Shown: positions 37,288-49,557 of the stretch, in pieces
Position numbering within the stretch: position 1 is the first letter of the stretch
Layout: every line of letters starts with the position of its first letter
From: Camelus dromedarius
Lineage: Eukaryota
Assembly: GCF_036321535.1 (NCBI RefSeq)
Contig: NC_087437.1
Coordinates: forward strand, 88,104,001-88,168,000
Reading direction: 5' to 3'
Length of the DNA: 64,000 nt
The notes under the pieces: model-generated
What the model was told of the DNA's origin: nothing
What the model saw: the letters and a program-made list of their open reading frames with translations, nothing else
Database searches by the model: none
Program-made: the position numbers and the translations under genes

Positions 37288-38478
37288 GTCGTGCTCTGGC
37301 CTCAGCTCTTCCCGCTGCTGGACAATGTCTTTTCATTCAGTAGAGCAGCCGCGACCCTGCGAGGAAGGTGAACAGCCTCTGGCCACAGTTCTTGGGTGGA
37401 GCTCCCCGCTGAAGCAATGGCAATGATAATGGCAATGGGAAAAAACAGGGGGCTAGAACATGTACCCTCCTCATGCTCTATCCACAATGGAGACTTAGAG
37501 AAGATTCTTTCAGATATACAACATGAATCTGGACAGAGCAGTTCAATAGGCACTTCTCACTGTGACAGCCCTTCCCCTACAAGATGGGCAGATCATGTTT
37601 GATGTGGAAATGAACACCAGCAGGGATCACAGCATTCAGTCAGAAGTTGAAGAAGAGAGAGCAGTGTTGGCTTTGAAGAAAAGTGTAGACTGGGTGTCCG
37701 AAGGGTCCAGGTGACCTGAAAACACCGCACCTAAGGGGTTCCACTTCCAGCACCCTAAAGGTTCTGTCTCTTTAAGCATGAGGAAGAGTGGAGCCATGAA
37801 GAAAGTGGGTATTTTCCCCACAGAATTTCTTAAGGTGTTCATTCCATCTCTCTTCCTCACTCACGTTTTGGCTCTGGGGCTAGGCATCTACACTAGAAAC
37901 CGACCGAGCACACCTTCTCCCAGCACCTACTGAGGGAAAGAAGAGCGCTGGGAAAGCATGTGGCCTGTGAAGTGGTGTATTGTCACGGTAGTTGGTTTGA
38001 AGTTGAGACCACTGTAAGCATGATCCAACCTACACCCTGTTTTTTCATATCCAAGTTACAGTAACTCTCAAATCCAGTATTCAAACTCTTTTGAGGCATT
38101 TTACTCTCTTCACTCCCTTTGTGGCCTATAAAACACTTCAGAATTTCCTAACACAGTTTACTGTTGTTTAGAAACTTGCAAAGGCTTCTTTTCCACAAAT
38201 GCTACCAGCAGATTTTAATTTTGTCAACAATGCTGTTGTCTCCTTTTGGTTCCACCAGAGTTAGACTTGCATCACTCATGGGATAAATTTAACTCTTGCA
38301 AGATAACTCCCATCTCTCTTAAAACGAGATCAGGTTAGCAAATGAAATAAAAGCTTTGTTGTTTTGTGTTTCAAGACAAAGGCAAGCTTCCCTAAGCTTG
38401 AATTTATAGTTATTTAAAAAAAGAAAACTGAATGAAAAAAAAAGAAAACAAGACACAAGAAAAAAATTTATCCTGGCC
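37288..38478 (+). pseudogene. BNIP3L: Processed (retro)pseudogene of BNIP3L/NIX: short 5'UTR, disrupted CDS 37325-37933, about 545 nt of 3'UTR
   Basis: Intronless translation across frameshifts gives [99 protein letters not shown]. There is an in-frame TGA at 37712-37714 and several frameshifts. The TSD is aagagtcta(t/a)caag at 37274-37287 and 38479-38492. Confidence 0.95.
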
Positions 38479-38509
38479 AAGAGTCTAACAAGTATTGTGA
38501 ATAAAACCC

Positions 38510-38710
38510 ACAAGTGCTAGAGTTGAACAGAACTTCATTTAAAGCCTGCCTCTCCCATTTACTAGTGCAAGCTCCGGAAAGTCATTTCAGCTTTCAAAGA
38601 CTCAGCTTCATTATCTACAAAGTGAAGATAATGAAAATGAAACCTCATAAATTATTGTTGAAGATTAAATATAAATCCCTTAGGTGCCTGCCCCTAATAA
38701 ACTCAGTATT
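38510..38710 (+). mobile_element. MIR SINE remnant
   Basis: It contains ctcagcttcattatctacaaagtgaagataat...attgttgaagattaaat. Confidence 0.65.
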
Positions 38711-41599
38711 TACATTTGTCAACCGGAGTATGGGGCTAGCAACATCTACCTTTAAGAGTACAGTCAGATTTAGAGAAATCACAAAATGGTCTAACCCTGT
38801 AAAAAGTATTATTTTTATTTTTACCTCAGTCTTTATTTTATAGTATCTGCAGTACTGTCATTGTCTAATGCCACATTTCTAATTCCACTGAAGGACAGTG
38901 ATGTGGGAGGAAATGACGTGTAATCAGCATGAATGAGGAATGATGTACTCTCTCAGTATTTCAGTTAAAATGGAAAACAGATAGTATGTTAGCAAGCTGG
39001 AGATGAAAATTTTGAAAGAACATGTTTATGATCTCTCTCTTGCCTAACATTCCCTCTCCCTGAGTAAGGCAAATAGTTCAGTCTATAGTGACACTGGGTA
39101 TAATAATGTCTTGTATAAGTGGTTATCACCAGAAACTAGATAAAGGGTCTGGAAATTCTGTACCTTTACTTGAAAGTTACTGGAAAGCTGAGTTTCAGCT
39201 ATATGCTAGATGTAAAGAAAATTTAAAAAAATTATTTCTCAAGTTAGTTAATTATTTATAATCTGGTAAATATCTCAACCTAGATACTTAATTCTTTTTC
39301 TTAATCTGGAATAAAATACTGAATTAGACAAAGTCTACCTCAAAATTTGGAGCAACAATAGCTGTTTATCTAAACATGAATAAAAATTTATGTCATGGTA
39401 AATTATTTGGAAAAAAATCATGAGCTTAGGTGGTGTTAAAACTCAGTGAAAATTATTGTAAGGTTAAAAGAGATCTAATATTTGTGATGAGATATTTGAT
39501 TTAACAACTTCCATTTCTGTTAATGCATAATAACTAGTTAACCAAGCTAAGCTGGCAAGGTTTAAGCAATTTCAAGCATAACAATCTTTTTTTCTCTCTC
39601 TTTACATTTTTTTTTTTTACCAGCAATAGAAAGGCGTTAGACTGCTACTTTTATTTTATGCAAGTATAACTAATGGAACTAACTGCATTTCACTTGATCA
39701 TGATATATGTGCTTCCATTTTATTCTATTTTTCTTTTGTGAATATACAAAATTAGAATTATTTTTCTTCCTCTTTTTTCACCTTTAGTCTGCATTCTCTC
39801 TTTTGGGCCCCTTTACTTAAGCTTTATAAAGTTCATCTTTGCATCTGGTTGGTTTAGTAAGTACCAGCTGATGAACTGAATATCATAAATAAAGCAAGTG
39901 ATTCATACTGACATTTATTGGGCACCATTGGCTTGGTTGGGCTCGTATACAAAGCAGAAGTCTAGTAACATAGTGTGAGTGCTTAACTGCTGTCAGTTGA
40001 AATCGGGTAGTTGATTTGTCATCTTCAATTAATCATATTATAGAATGTTCAGCACTGAAACACAAGGCAGATGTTATGTAGCCATGATTTGGAGCTCTGC
40101 TCAAATGCAATCTGGTCTTCCAGTCTGCTGGTTAATCAAGGCTATCAACTGAAATATGAAAAATAAAAAACCCTTAACTTATAAACTTGGATTAAGACAG
40201 GCGGTGATTGAGACATATTTATTCTTAATACACACTGGTTTTATATGAAGTACGAAGGTGTCACGATTTTAAATAAGATGAGTATCTTTCCATTTTTATT
40301 TTATTTAGTTGGATTTACTTAATGCTGCAGAGTATCTTGTTTGCCTCTCTTTTACACAGTAAATTATCCTAGAATGCCAAGATACAAATTGAAGCATAGA
40401 GTAAGGTTAAGATAGTAACATCCCAAATCATCTCCAAGATAATTATGAGAAATCTGTCTATCTTTGACAAGAAAGGAGAACTACTCATGTAATTTGACTT
40501 AACATTTTTTTCCAGCTGAGAATATTGAAGTGCTACTTCCAAATGGTTTCTCTTCTCCAAGGTTTTTAAGCTAGGTTTTTATAACTTAAAAAACAAGTTC
40601 TCATTCACTAACTTCAATTACTTCTACCCCCTTCCCCCTTTTTTTTTTTTTATTTCAGTGACTACTGTACTAGTGGCTATTATTATCTCTTGAATGTATT
40701 TTAATACATGTACTTGGAACTGATACTAGTAAAGTCATGTATTTGAGAGAAAATTATAAAAAACTATAAAGAGTGTGTTGGGTATTTCAGAAATGACAGT
40801 TAAATGATGATGATTTATATAGTGCCTATTGTGATTTAGCACGGAACAAATCTGAACTCTTATCTGAAGGGAATGACAAAATATCAGAGAACACAATGGC
40901 TGAAACTCCTGATTTGTTTCCTAAGTTCTGAGCATCAATCAATAAACATTTTTTAAGCAATGCAGTGTGTGTTAGGTTCTGTGTGTGATACAAATGCATA
41001 AAGGATGCAACTCATGCCATCAAGGAGTATATTGTCTATCAGTAGTTGGGGAAAAGAGACCTACACCTATTCAGCAAATTTTTATTTAGTTTCAGCATTG
41101 TGGTTGGCACTCTGGATATAAAAATTAATGTATCACAAAACATTTCGCGAAGAGCTCACTACCAGGTTATATGAATACTGTGCTATGATGAGATAAGTAT
41201 GTTATAATAGTCACTAAAAAAAAATTTCCAAACCTTTTCTTTCTTATGATAGTAGGGATGTTAACAGCCATATGTGTTGGATATTCAATATTAAAAATAT
41301 TGAAATGTTTCTCTATCAGTCAGTAAATAAAATATTAAAAACTATAAGCAGTAAATATAATAATATACATTCTAAAATAATCTCATTAGTTCAGGTTGAT
41401 CAAGAAAACTATTGAAAAATTTACCTCCTTTACTGAGAATTGAGAATAGAGATATTAAATATGGAAAAGCTCAGGCAGAATTTTGAACATAATTGGTATC
41501 AGTTCAGCAGAAGTTGAGGGAGGATTCGGCATGATGAACAATATTGTTACTCTTAAGAAATCTTTACTTCTTGAAACTATGAGTTCTGTAAAGATGTTG

Positions 41600-41963
41600 C
41601 CCATTGGTGCCATCGAGGTGGGAAACAGGGCCTGGGTGTGGTTTCTGCATGGCAGCTGGTTTCCTAGCCTGGACGCTGAGGAGACAGGAGGCAGCAGGGG
41701 CAGGAAGAATCGCAGCTCTAGAGCTGCCCTGCCTGCTGAGGTGGCGCTGCCATCACCGAGACCTGCCTCTGGGTCCAGGTCATGTGGGAATCTGATATCC
41801 GGGCTCATCTCTGGCCATGATGCCCAGGCAGGATGCCTAGCAGTACTGATTATTTCCCCCTACCCATACTACATCTTTGTGATTAGTCCTTTTGTAGATA
41901 AATTCTTTCTGAATTATCCTAATTTGAATTGCCATATATTTCCTTTTGGGAACCTGCCTGATA
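41600..41963 (+). mobile_element. Old ERVL-type LTR remnant
   Basis: The terminus aattatcctaatttgaattgccat...aacctgcctgata resembles old ERVL LTR ends. Confidence 0.4.
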
Positions 41964-42357
41964 ATAAAACTCATAACTCCCTGGCAGTCACTGTAGGTAA
42001 CAATGATTAATTTGGTACTGGACATGTATCCAAAGAAAAAGTGAAACCAAAAACAAGGGAGTTTCTAGAAAGGGGACTTTTTTTTTAATTTTATTTTTTC
42101 CACTCGGCATATGTGAGTATTTAAGCTTGGATCTCTTAATATGCCTCTGCCACAACATGAAGCCTGAGAATGAAGCCAGTACTTATAACCTGAAGTGTAC
42201 TATGTGATGCATGCCTTAGTAAATGTCTGAAAAAGAAGCCATGATTATTTATAAGAGGGTTGAAGCAGTTCTGCCTGGGACTTATGAATATATGGGCTTT
42301 TTTGTACACAGAATATCTCTGGAAGGATACACAAGGAACTGGTAACTGTGGTCCAGG

Positions 42358-42902
42358 TGTTAGGTAGTTAGATTAGTGGGAGCACCAGGCAGATAAGGTG
42401 CAGGAAAGGGAGCAAAGTCTGGAAGATGGAGGATGCCTGCTTCCAGCATAAAGGGGCTTTACTTCCTCTAAATGAGTGCCAGCAAGAAACCGGTTAGAAC
42501 CCGACAGCCGCAACTGCACAGTAGCGACAAGGACCTAACTGGACATAACCCAATGCTCACTGTAATATCGTAATATAATTAGCACTGTGGTTTAGCCACC
42601 CCCCCAATATGCATAATGGGTAAGGACGTGTGCAAAGGGGACAAACATGACTAGGCATTCCAGGGGCAAGAGCCATCAATCAATCAAGAGACCACCTGTA
42701 AGCGAGGGTACAAGAGAACAGGCAAAGACCGCTGCTATCCGCCCTTCGATCAGCCCGCCTCCCGTTCCTGGAGGTGTACTTGCCCTTTGCTAGTAAATCC
42801 TTTAAAATCTTTCACTACACAAAACTCCATCTCCTGTCTGAATTCTTATCTTTTGGGTAAGACAAGAACTGGGGTCTTTTCCCTTCCCCTTTTCAGGTAA
42901 CA
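42358..42902 (+). mobile_element. Solo ERV LTR (545 bp) inserted in an old L1 3' fragment
   Basis: It has inverted termini TGTTA...TAACA, an AGTAAA poly(A)-like signal near 42792, and flanks cagg/gagg (imperfect 4-bp TSD). Confidence 0.8.
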
Positions 42903-43829
42903 GAGGGACTAGAAATGTGTTTAGGGAAAAAGAGTTTGGAAAGAGACTACAATCTTACACTCATTATACATTTGTTACTTATTTTTTTAAAGGAATAATA
43001 TAAAAACTAGCCAAACAAACACATTTTTTGAGCACATCAGTTTGTTTCAAACACTTTCCTAAGCACTGTCTACATGGTGTTATGTGGGACCAGGAGGAAG
43101 GAGATGAGTGAAGGGAGTAACTTTGAAGCTAGTGAACGTGTGAGCTTGTATATATTGGGAAGGCGGTGAAAATGACAGGAACTTGGAGGTTTTCATGTGT
43201 CATACACTCGGCTTTTGCTTTGAATAGGAGACTGTGTCATCTGTTGAGGGGGAAGAGGCAGGGATCATGAAATGTAAGATGATCATTTGGCACGGTTGCT
43301 ATAGAGAGTAGGAAGAGAGGTGATCAAAGGCAGATAAAAGAATTTCTGTGTATTGGTTAAAGCTGCACAGGCATCAATCTTTACTTTAGGAATGCTCAGC
43401 AGCCCTGGTATAAGAGTGGAAAAGGAATATTGTTGGATTATGTATCTTGCCGTGGGAAAAACACAAGGTAGCAAGGATGTTGAGGGTATTAGTATAAAAA
43501 CAGCTAAATTTAAGTGGTAATAAAGACACCCATTGGGAAATTAGTTTAGATTACAAATGGAGGAGTTAGTATCTTGAAAGAAGGGGTGAATTTGATTAGT
43601 TAAGAGAAGGTGAGACTTTCACGGCAGTGCTCTTATCTGGTCCCACTGGTCATGAAAGTTCTCACTTAGCCCATGATTTTCTGCTGCTCAGCACACAGTC
43701 TCAGAAGGTAGCCTTCCTGAGTAGAACTCTTTGAGAAGGGCTCCAGCCAGCTCTTCCCTGAGTGGCCCTCACTCAGGGAACCGTCAGAATACACCTGGGA
43801 CATTCCCACCTGGGGCTTTTCCTCTAGCT

Positions 43830-44005
43830 CAGTGATTGTCTAGTGCAGTTCCTGGTCCAGTAGCATCAGCATTAGCTGGGTACTTTTTGAAATGCAAATT
43901 CTTGTTCCTACTCAGACAGTGAATCAGAAACTTTGGCAGTGGAGCCCAGTGATCTGTGCGATCTGTGCATTAACCCTCTAGAAGACTCTGATGCAGGCTC
44001 AAGCT
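43830..44005. mobile_element. MER5A-like DNA transposon
   Basis: It contains agcatcagcattagctggg...gaaatgcaaattct...tgaatcagaaact...tctgatgcaggctcaag. Confidence 0.75.
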
Positions 44006-44019
44006 AGCACTAGCTACTT

Positions 44020-44375
44020 TAGTCTGAAATATCCTTACCTGAGAGAACCACTTCGTTAATTAACTCCATCACTTCCTTCAAGTCTTTGCTCAAATTCCTT
44101 CCACTCTAATTAATATTTCAACCCCTCTTTATCTCTCTTCCTCTTTACGAAACCCCTTTTCTCATCTTCCTAATCAGCTTTATCTTTTTTCTTTAGCACT
44201 TATAATTTCCTATATTATATACTTGTTTATGATAAAGTTTTTGTCTATCTCTACCCACTAGGATGTAAGTGATTTGAATGTGAGGATCTTAGTTCATTGA
44301 TATATTCCAAATACCCAGAACAGTGCCTGATATCTAGTAAGAGAGCAATAAATATTTGTCAAATGAGTTATTTAA
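44020..44375 (+). mobile_element. L2 3' end remnant
   Basis: It contains cactaggatgtaag...ccagaacagtgcctga...caataaatatttgtcaaatga. Confidence 0.7.
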
Positions 44376-44899
44376 CCACTGTCTCAAGAAAGAGCCATTC
44401 CCAAAGGAGCTAGCTTTGTTGGGTTTGTGGCAAAGTAGTTTGTGAATAATCTCTCACCCTTAGGCTTTTCCTGGTGTGGGTCCCCACCAGTCCCCAGCAG
44501 ACCCCAGGAGTCATAAATCATGTGCTTTGAGCAGTCTTTTTGAAGCCCCTCTCTCTTAGTTGGAGGTGAGAGGGGAAGCACTAACCACCCTCACTCACCT
44601 CCAGATACACTGATCCTAGGAAAAGGGGTAAACTCAGAAATCTATAACTTTCTCCAAGGATCATCTTCACCCTCTTTTCCAATTCCTACCCTCTTCAATC
44701 AATACTGTCATAATATGAAGGTAATGAAGGCCAAAGAGATACAAAATTTGGTTTCCCTTGCTTTTTTTTCAGTCCTGAATAGGGCATGCTTCAGTACAGC
44801 ATCTTGTATTGGGATATGGGGGAGTTGGTACTTCTTTTCTTGGGGTGTCAGCCAAAATCAGAGTGTTTAATTTTTACTACATGTCACATGGTCTCCTGG

Positions 44900-45445
44900 C
44901 TTGGCTTTTATAGTCCATTCTTCAAATTGTAGGCAAATGAGCCTTTGAAACCATGACTAGATGATTTTATTCTGCTCTTCAGAATTCTTCCATGACTTTC
45001 ATTGTACTTAGAATATGGTCTAGATCCTTAGCCATGCCCTTCAAGGCCCTACATGAATTGGTCCTTGCCCGCCTTTCAGTCTTCTTTGGTATCGCTCTCC
45101 CATATACTCACTATTCTCACAGCCACACAGGCCTTGTTAGTTTTGCTATTTGATAAAATCAAACTCCCTCCTAAATTAGAGCCTTTGGACTTGCTGTTCC
45201 TTCTGGAAGATTCTCTCCTAGAGAACTGGCTCTCTTCCTCATTTAAGTTGCAGACACTATCATATTAATTTTCTTCATGGTATTTGTCACTGAAATTCTT
45301 ATATTTTTTACTTGTGTACAATCTGCTTTCCCCACTAGATTTAAGATTCATGAAAACAAGGATCTAGATTTTTTGGTTCAATACTGTAACTTCAGTCCCT
45401 GGAACAATATCTAATATGTAAGCTTTTAATAAAAACTTTGACAGA
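44900..45445 (+). mobile_element. L2 3' end remnant
   Basis: It contains caaggccctacatga...cccactagatttaagattcatga...ctggaacaatatct. Confidence 0.65.
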
Positions 45446-46321
45446 CATTTTATTTCATGTCTCCTAGGTGCCAGCCTGTATGTTGGTAGCACGATTTTGA
45501 TTTTAAAAAACGTATTCCCTGCCCTTAAGAAACTTCCAGTTAGAGTATGAAAAAGACAAGAAAAAGAGCCAAATTTTCATGATGTTGTATGACAAGTGTT
45601 ACATAAGAGCAAGGTATAAGGGAAGCAGAGAACTAACCCAGTGTGGCAGAAGGGGTCTGGGCAACCAGAGGGTGCAAGGGAGGATTTTAGAATGCAGAGA
45701 CTGTTTCCTGACTTCTAAAGTAAAGCTGAATGATGACAAAAGCTTGGGGCAGAGGGCAGGAGGTGGTTGGGTAATGAAGGATGACCTTTTCTCTCATTTC
45801 TGGTGTCTCCACACTGTCTGAAGGGCTTGGTGTTGATATGGGAGCTCACTCAGACTTGTCTTCCAGACTCTGTTTTAGAAAGGCTGTTATACCCTGGATG
45901 TGTAGAAATGGGGATGTATGCAAAGTAAGCAGTGAGAGAAGTGGACAAAGTTTACTTGTATCATGTGATGGTGTTCTACTGTGATAGGATGCCTATAACA
46001 CCACTCAGGAAACAAAATGTATCTAAAATTTCTATTTATTTACCAGACACTTGTTTTCAGCACACTTGATTATTGAAGTATTGATCTTTTTGCTCAAAAT
46101 AAGGTTTAAAAACCATAAACATGAGTACTATAAACAAAAGAGTTAAATGTCATTTAACCCATTTAAATTTTATTACTAGTAGGATAAACTTAGGTTAATA
46201 TTTTCATTGCCTATACTATTAATAGGAATTTTCAAAGCCAATGAATCATGTAAATAATTCTGGAAGCAAACTTCACTTGTAGGTTCAGCAAACAAAATAA
46301 TTAATTAAGAGTATATGAGTT

Positions 46322-46444
46322 GAGGGTGGGTATAGGTCAGTGGTAGAGTGCATGCTTAGCACGCATAAGGTCCTGGGTTCAACCCCTAGTACCGCCATTA
46401 AAGAAAGGATGAGGAAAAAAATCATATGTAAAAATTTAAAAAAA
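46322..46444 (+). mobile_element. Camelid-type tRNA-derived SINE, different tail variant
   Basis: It reads gagggtgggtataggtcagtggtagagtgcatgcttagc...gggttcaacccc. The TSD aagagta(t/a)atgagtt is at 46307-46321 and 46445-46459. Confidence 0.9.
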
Positions 46445-48516
46445 AAGAGTAAATGAGTTAATGGAAAGATTTTCTAAGTGCTGTCAAAACAGAGTCATCA
46501 TTTTAAAAGTTTTAAAAAGTACTAACATAATCTAATTAATCAATAAGCATTTATTTTATTCTTAGATCACTAATGAAACTTTTTTTTTTTTTTGCCATTT
46601 GGGTTGAGTCAGTTGAGTCATCAACTTAAAATTAAGGCATTTACCATTTTCTGTCAATGTCAATTGTCATAAAATGATAAAATTACAATGCAAAAGATGT
46701 CCATGTGGCAGACCATTATTTTTCTATCAAAGCTGAAGTTTAACAGGCCGTAGAAATCAAATACCATATTTAGCAATCACTTTTCTCCTTTGTAAAAAAA
46801 ACCAAAAAACAAAAAGAACCTCACAAAAGTGGAAGGAAGATTGATTTAGGAGTTAATTATGCAACAGTTCTGACTAGGACACCAAGAGAGGTGTCTTGGT
46901 GTCCTACTCTGTCTAGGAAAGGGAGGACATAATATGAAGTCCCTAAAGCACATTTTAGTAGAGAAGTCCAAAGGTCACCAGAGATGCAGAGGAGCTAAGG
47001 AAAAGAATGAAGTATTAGCCATTTCAGCCAATGTGGCTTTAACCTGGGTAGGAAAGAGTTAGTCATTCACCTTTTGGTATTACTTTGAAGAGCATCTCAT
47101 GGGCACATGGATATTCTTGGCCTTGGTCTCCTCTGGCTAAGTTCTGTATTGCATAAGCCATCTAAAAGTAGTGATCTGTGGGTACAGTCCTTGACATTTG
47201 TGTTAATTCTGTGCTTGCTGTATCCTCAAAATGTCTTTTAAAACTTACTCATAGGGTACATTGCCAGTTATTCTCCTAAAGATAGCATTATTATCTAGTA
47301 TCCTTGGAATATGTCTATTGACTTTAAAGAAGGCAGTATATGACCAAAATGCTTTCTGTCTATACAGAAGGCCCAGAATGAAATGGCATCCTGTCTGAAA
47401 TCTTGCCTCGGTTTTATATTGTTCTTCAGTTTTACCATTCCCATTCTCCTGTTTTATAATTCTTCCTTCCTTTGGATGGAAGTTTATTTTTGTAATATAT
47501 ATAGAAAAGTAAGTGAATCATTCAAAAATAATAGGAAATGTCTATTAAATAGCTTTAAGAACATATTTTTAAAGATCATATATTGAAGCATGTTATTTGC
47601 ATAGAAACATGTCACTAACTCATAGAGTTCCTGAAAATTCGTGTTATTAATTGAATTAATGTTATTAATTGAATTAATCTCTGTTTATGAAGGACACGTC
47701 TTCTTATAAAAAAAGAAATCTAATCCAGCCATCTTAAGAAAAGGGGGTCATTAGAACAAATGACTTTATATTACACAAGGACCACTCAGGGGACTGGAGA
47801 GGGATACAGAAAGGAACGCCTCTTACTTTCTTTCCAGATTCAAATGGTCCTTTTCGTCCGCATTTTTCTTTGCTCTTTTCTTTACTAACTTTCTCTGCTT
47901 GCATGTCAACCAACACAAAGTCCTGGCTCCAGTGCTGGGTAACCTTTCCATTCAAGTCCTGCTTCATGGAGCAGTTAGCTAACTCAGTAGCTCCCTGCCC
48001 TATTGATAAATTCTGAATAAGATGTTGTTTCAGCAATTACATCAAACCATGTTAACTAAATCAAAATATTAAACAGTACTGAAGAATTATATTATAGATT
48101 ACTCCAAGTTGATAATTTTTATTGCTATGTTTATGGCCAGGATAAAGAAATGACATCCTAGTGACCTAGGAGTGACTTACTTTGACCTAGTGCATACCCA
48201 GTTGAAGATGAGAGGATTCAGAGTGAGGGTAAGGGGTATACTGTATTTTTATACTCTAATATTTATGGACAATTTTATAGCATTCCTGAGAGAGACTGAA
48301 TACCTAGCCATTCCTCTAAGGCACTAACACATTTTTGCCATATTTGGTAGGATTTGTGTAAACATTCTATTCCTTCTTAGATCTTATCTCTTCTCTGTTA
48401 AACTATCTCCTTTGTTTCCCATTTTTCAGATTACAAAATGAAAAAACAGTGAATTCAGTTGTATAATTTTTGCCATACAGAGAAGTTGTCTTGCTGGGTA
48501 GGATATTAGAATACTA

Positions 48517-49113
48517 TGTTGAAGGAGGATTAATAAAATGGCCACACTTAGGCTAACAGACTGCTTATTCTATGCTTGCCTTTAAAACGGTCAACTGACC
48601 TGACTGACTGGTTGCTACTCACAGCTCCAGGCCTGTAGTTAAAATAAAGCTATTAATTTTGCTGTTTCTGCTTTATTCCAGTAATTGAAAGTAGTAATCA
48701 TACTTGGTTTCTGAGTTGTTCTCTAGGGAGAAGGTCACAGAACTGCAACCTTATAAAATAGTCTGAATTACTAAGAAGACCATGCCTTGGGGTCTTCTAA
48801 GATAAAGAGATTGAAAGAGTGACAACCACTAGCCTCTACAGAATCGGTCACCTGGAGACACCATGATGCCACTCTGAGTCTTATGAGAAGAAAATAATTC
48901 TGTTAATTGTTATTCTGCTTTACTGTTTGAGCTATGGCTATATAACCACCCCACCCCATCCCCAAGGTGGGCTCACAGTTTTGAAGGCACCAGCCTGCTG
49001 GGAGTCCCCTTTGCCCGGCAAAGCAATAAAATTGCCTCTTTCCTTCTAAGCTCCAGGACCCTGTCTCTGAGTTATTTGGCTCATCAGGGATGGGGGCCGA
49101 TCTTTCAGCAACA
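48517..49113 (+). mobile_element. Solo ERV1-type LTR (about 595 bp)
   Basis: It has TG...CA termini (tgttgaagg...cagcaaca), a TATA-like ctatataa near 48938 and AATAAA at 49025. The exact 5' boundary and TSD are ambiguous by a few nt. Confidence 0.8.
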
Positions 49114-49260
49114 TGTTTACAGGTAATACATTAAAATTATTTGAAAAATTCAGCAGACCAAGAAGTAGTCACAATCCTGATGACACTTTAACTGTAAATC
49201 TCCAGTTTAACATTTCATCTCAGAATTTACTTAAAACACCACCCACCCCTCCACTACCGC

Positions 49261-49262
<2 letters not shown>

Positions 49263-49294
<32 letters not shown>
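49263..49294. repeat. (CA)n microsatellite
   Basis: A visible AC run. Confidence 0.95.
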
Positions 49295-49297
<3 letters not shown>

Positions 49298-49557
49298 TTT
49301 TAGGCTTCCTCTTTTGACTGGAGTTGGCTGGAGATGGGCTCTCTTTCAGTGACAAGGAGGAGCAAGCTGGAATTAGTTTTTTAGCTTTTGACTAGTCAGC
49401 AACAATATCACTCAACAGTATTTCTCAGCTGTGCTCCTCAGACTTGCCCCACTAAAGTGGTTAACAAGTGTCCCTTGTGGGGAGGGGTGGTCAAATAAAA
49501 TGGAGATAATCTGAGCTAAAGGCACATCTCTACTGCAGAACTTCTCTGAAGCTTAAG

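Noticed and set aside
37172..37602. ORFs 37172-37426 and 37396-37602 as a functional BNIP3L gene
   Set aside because: They are frameshifted fragments of the retrocopy, which has an in-frame stop, no introns and a TSD.
41483..42010. 175-aa ORF, the longest apart from HTR1F
   Set aside because: It has a non-ATG start, no recognisable domain, and runs across an old LTR-like remnant, so it is probably a chance ORF.
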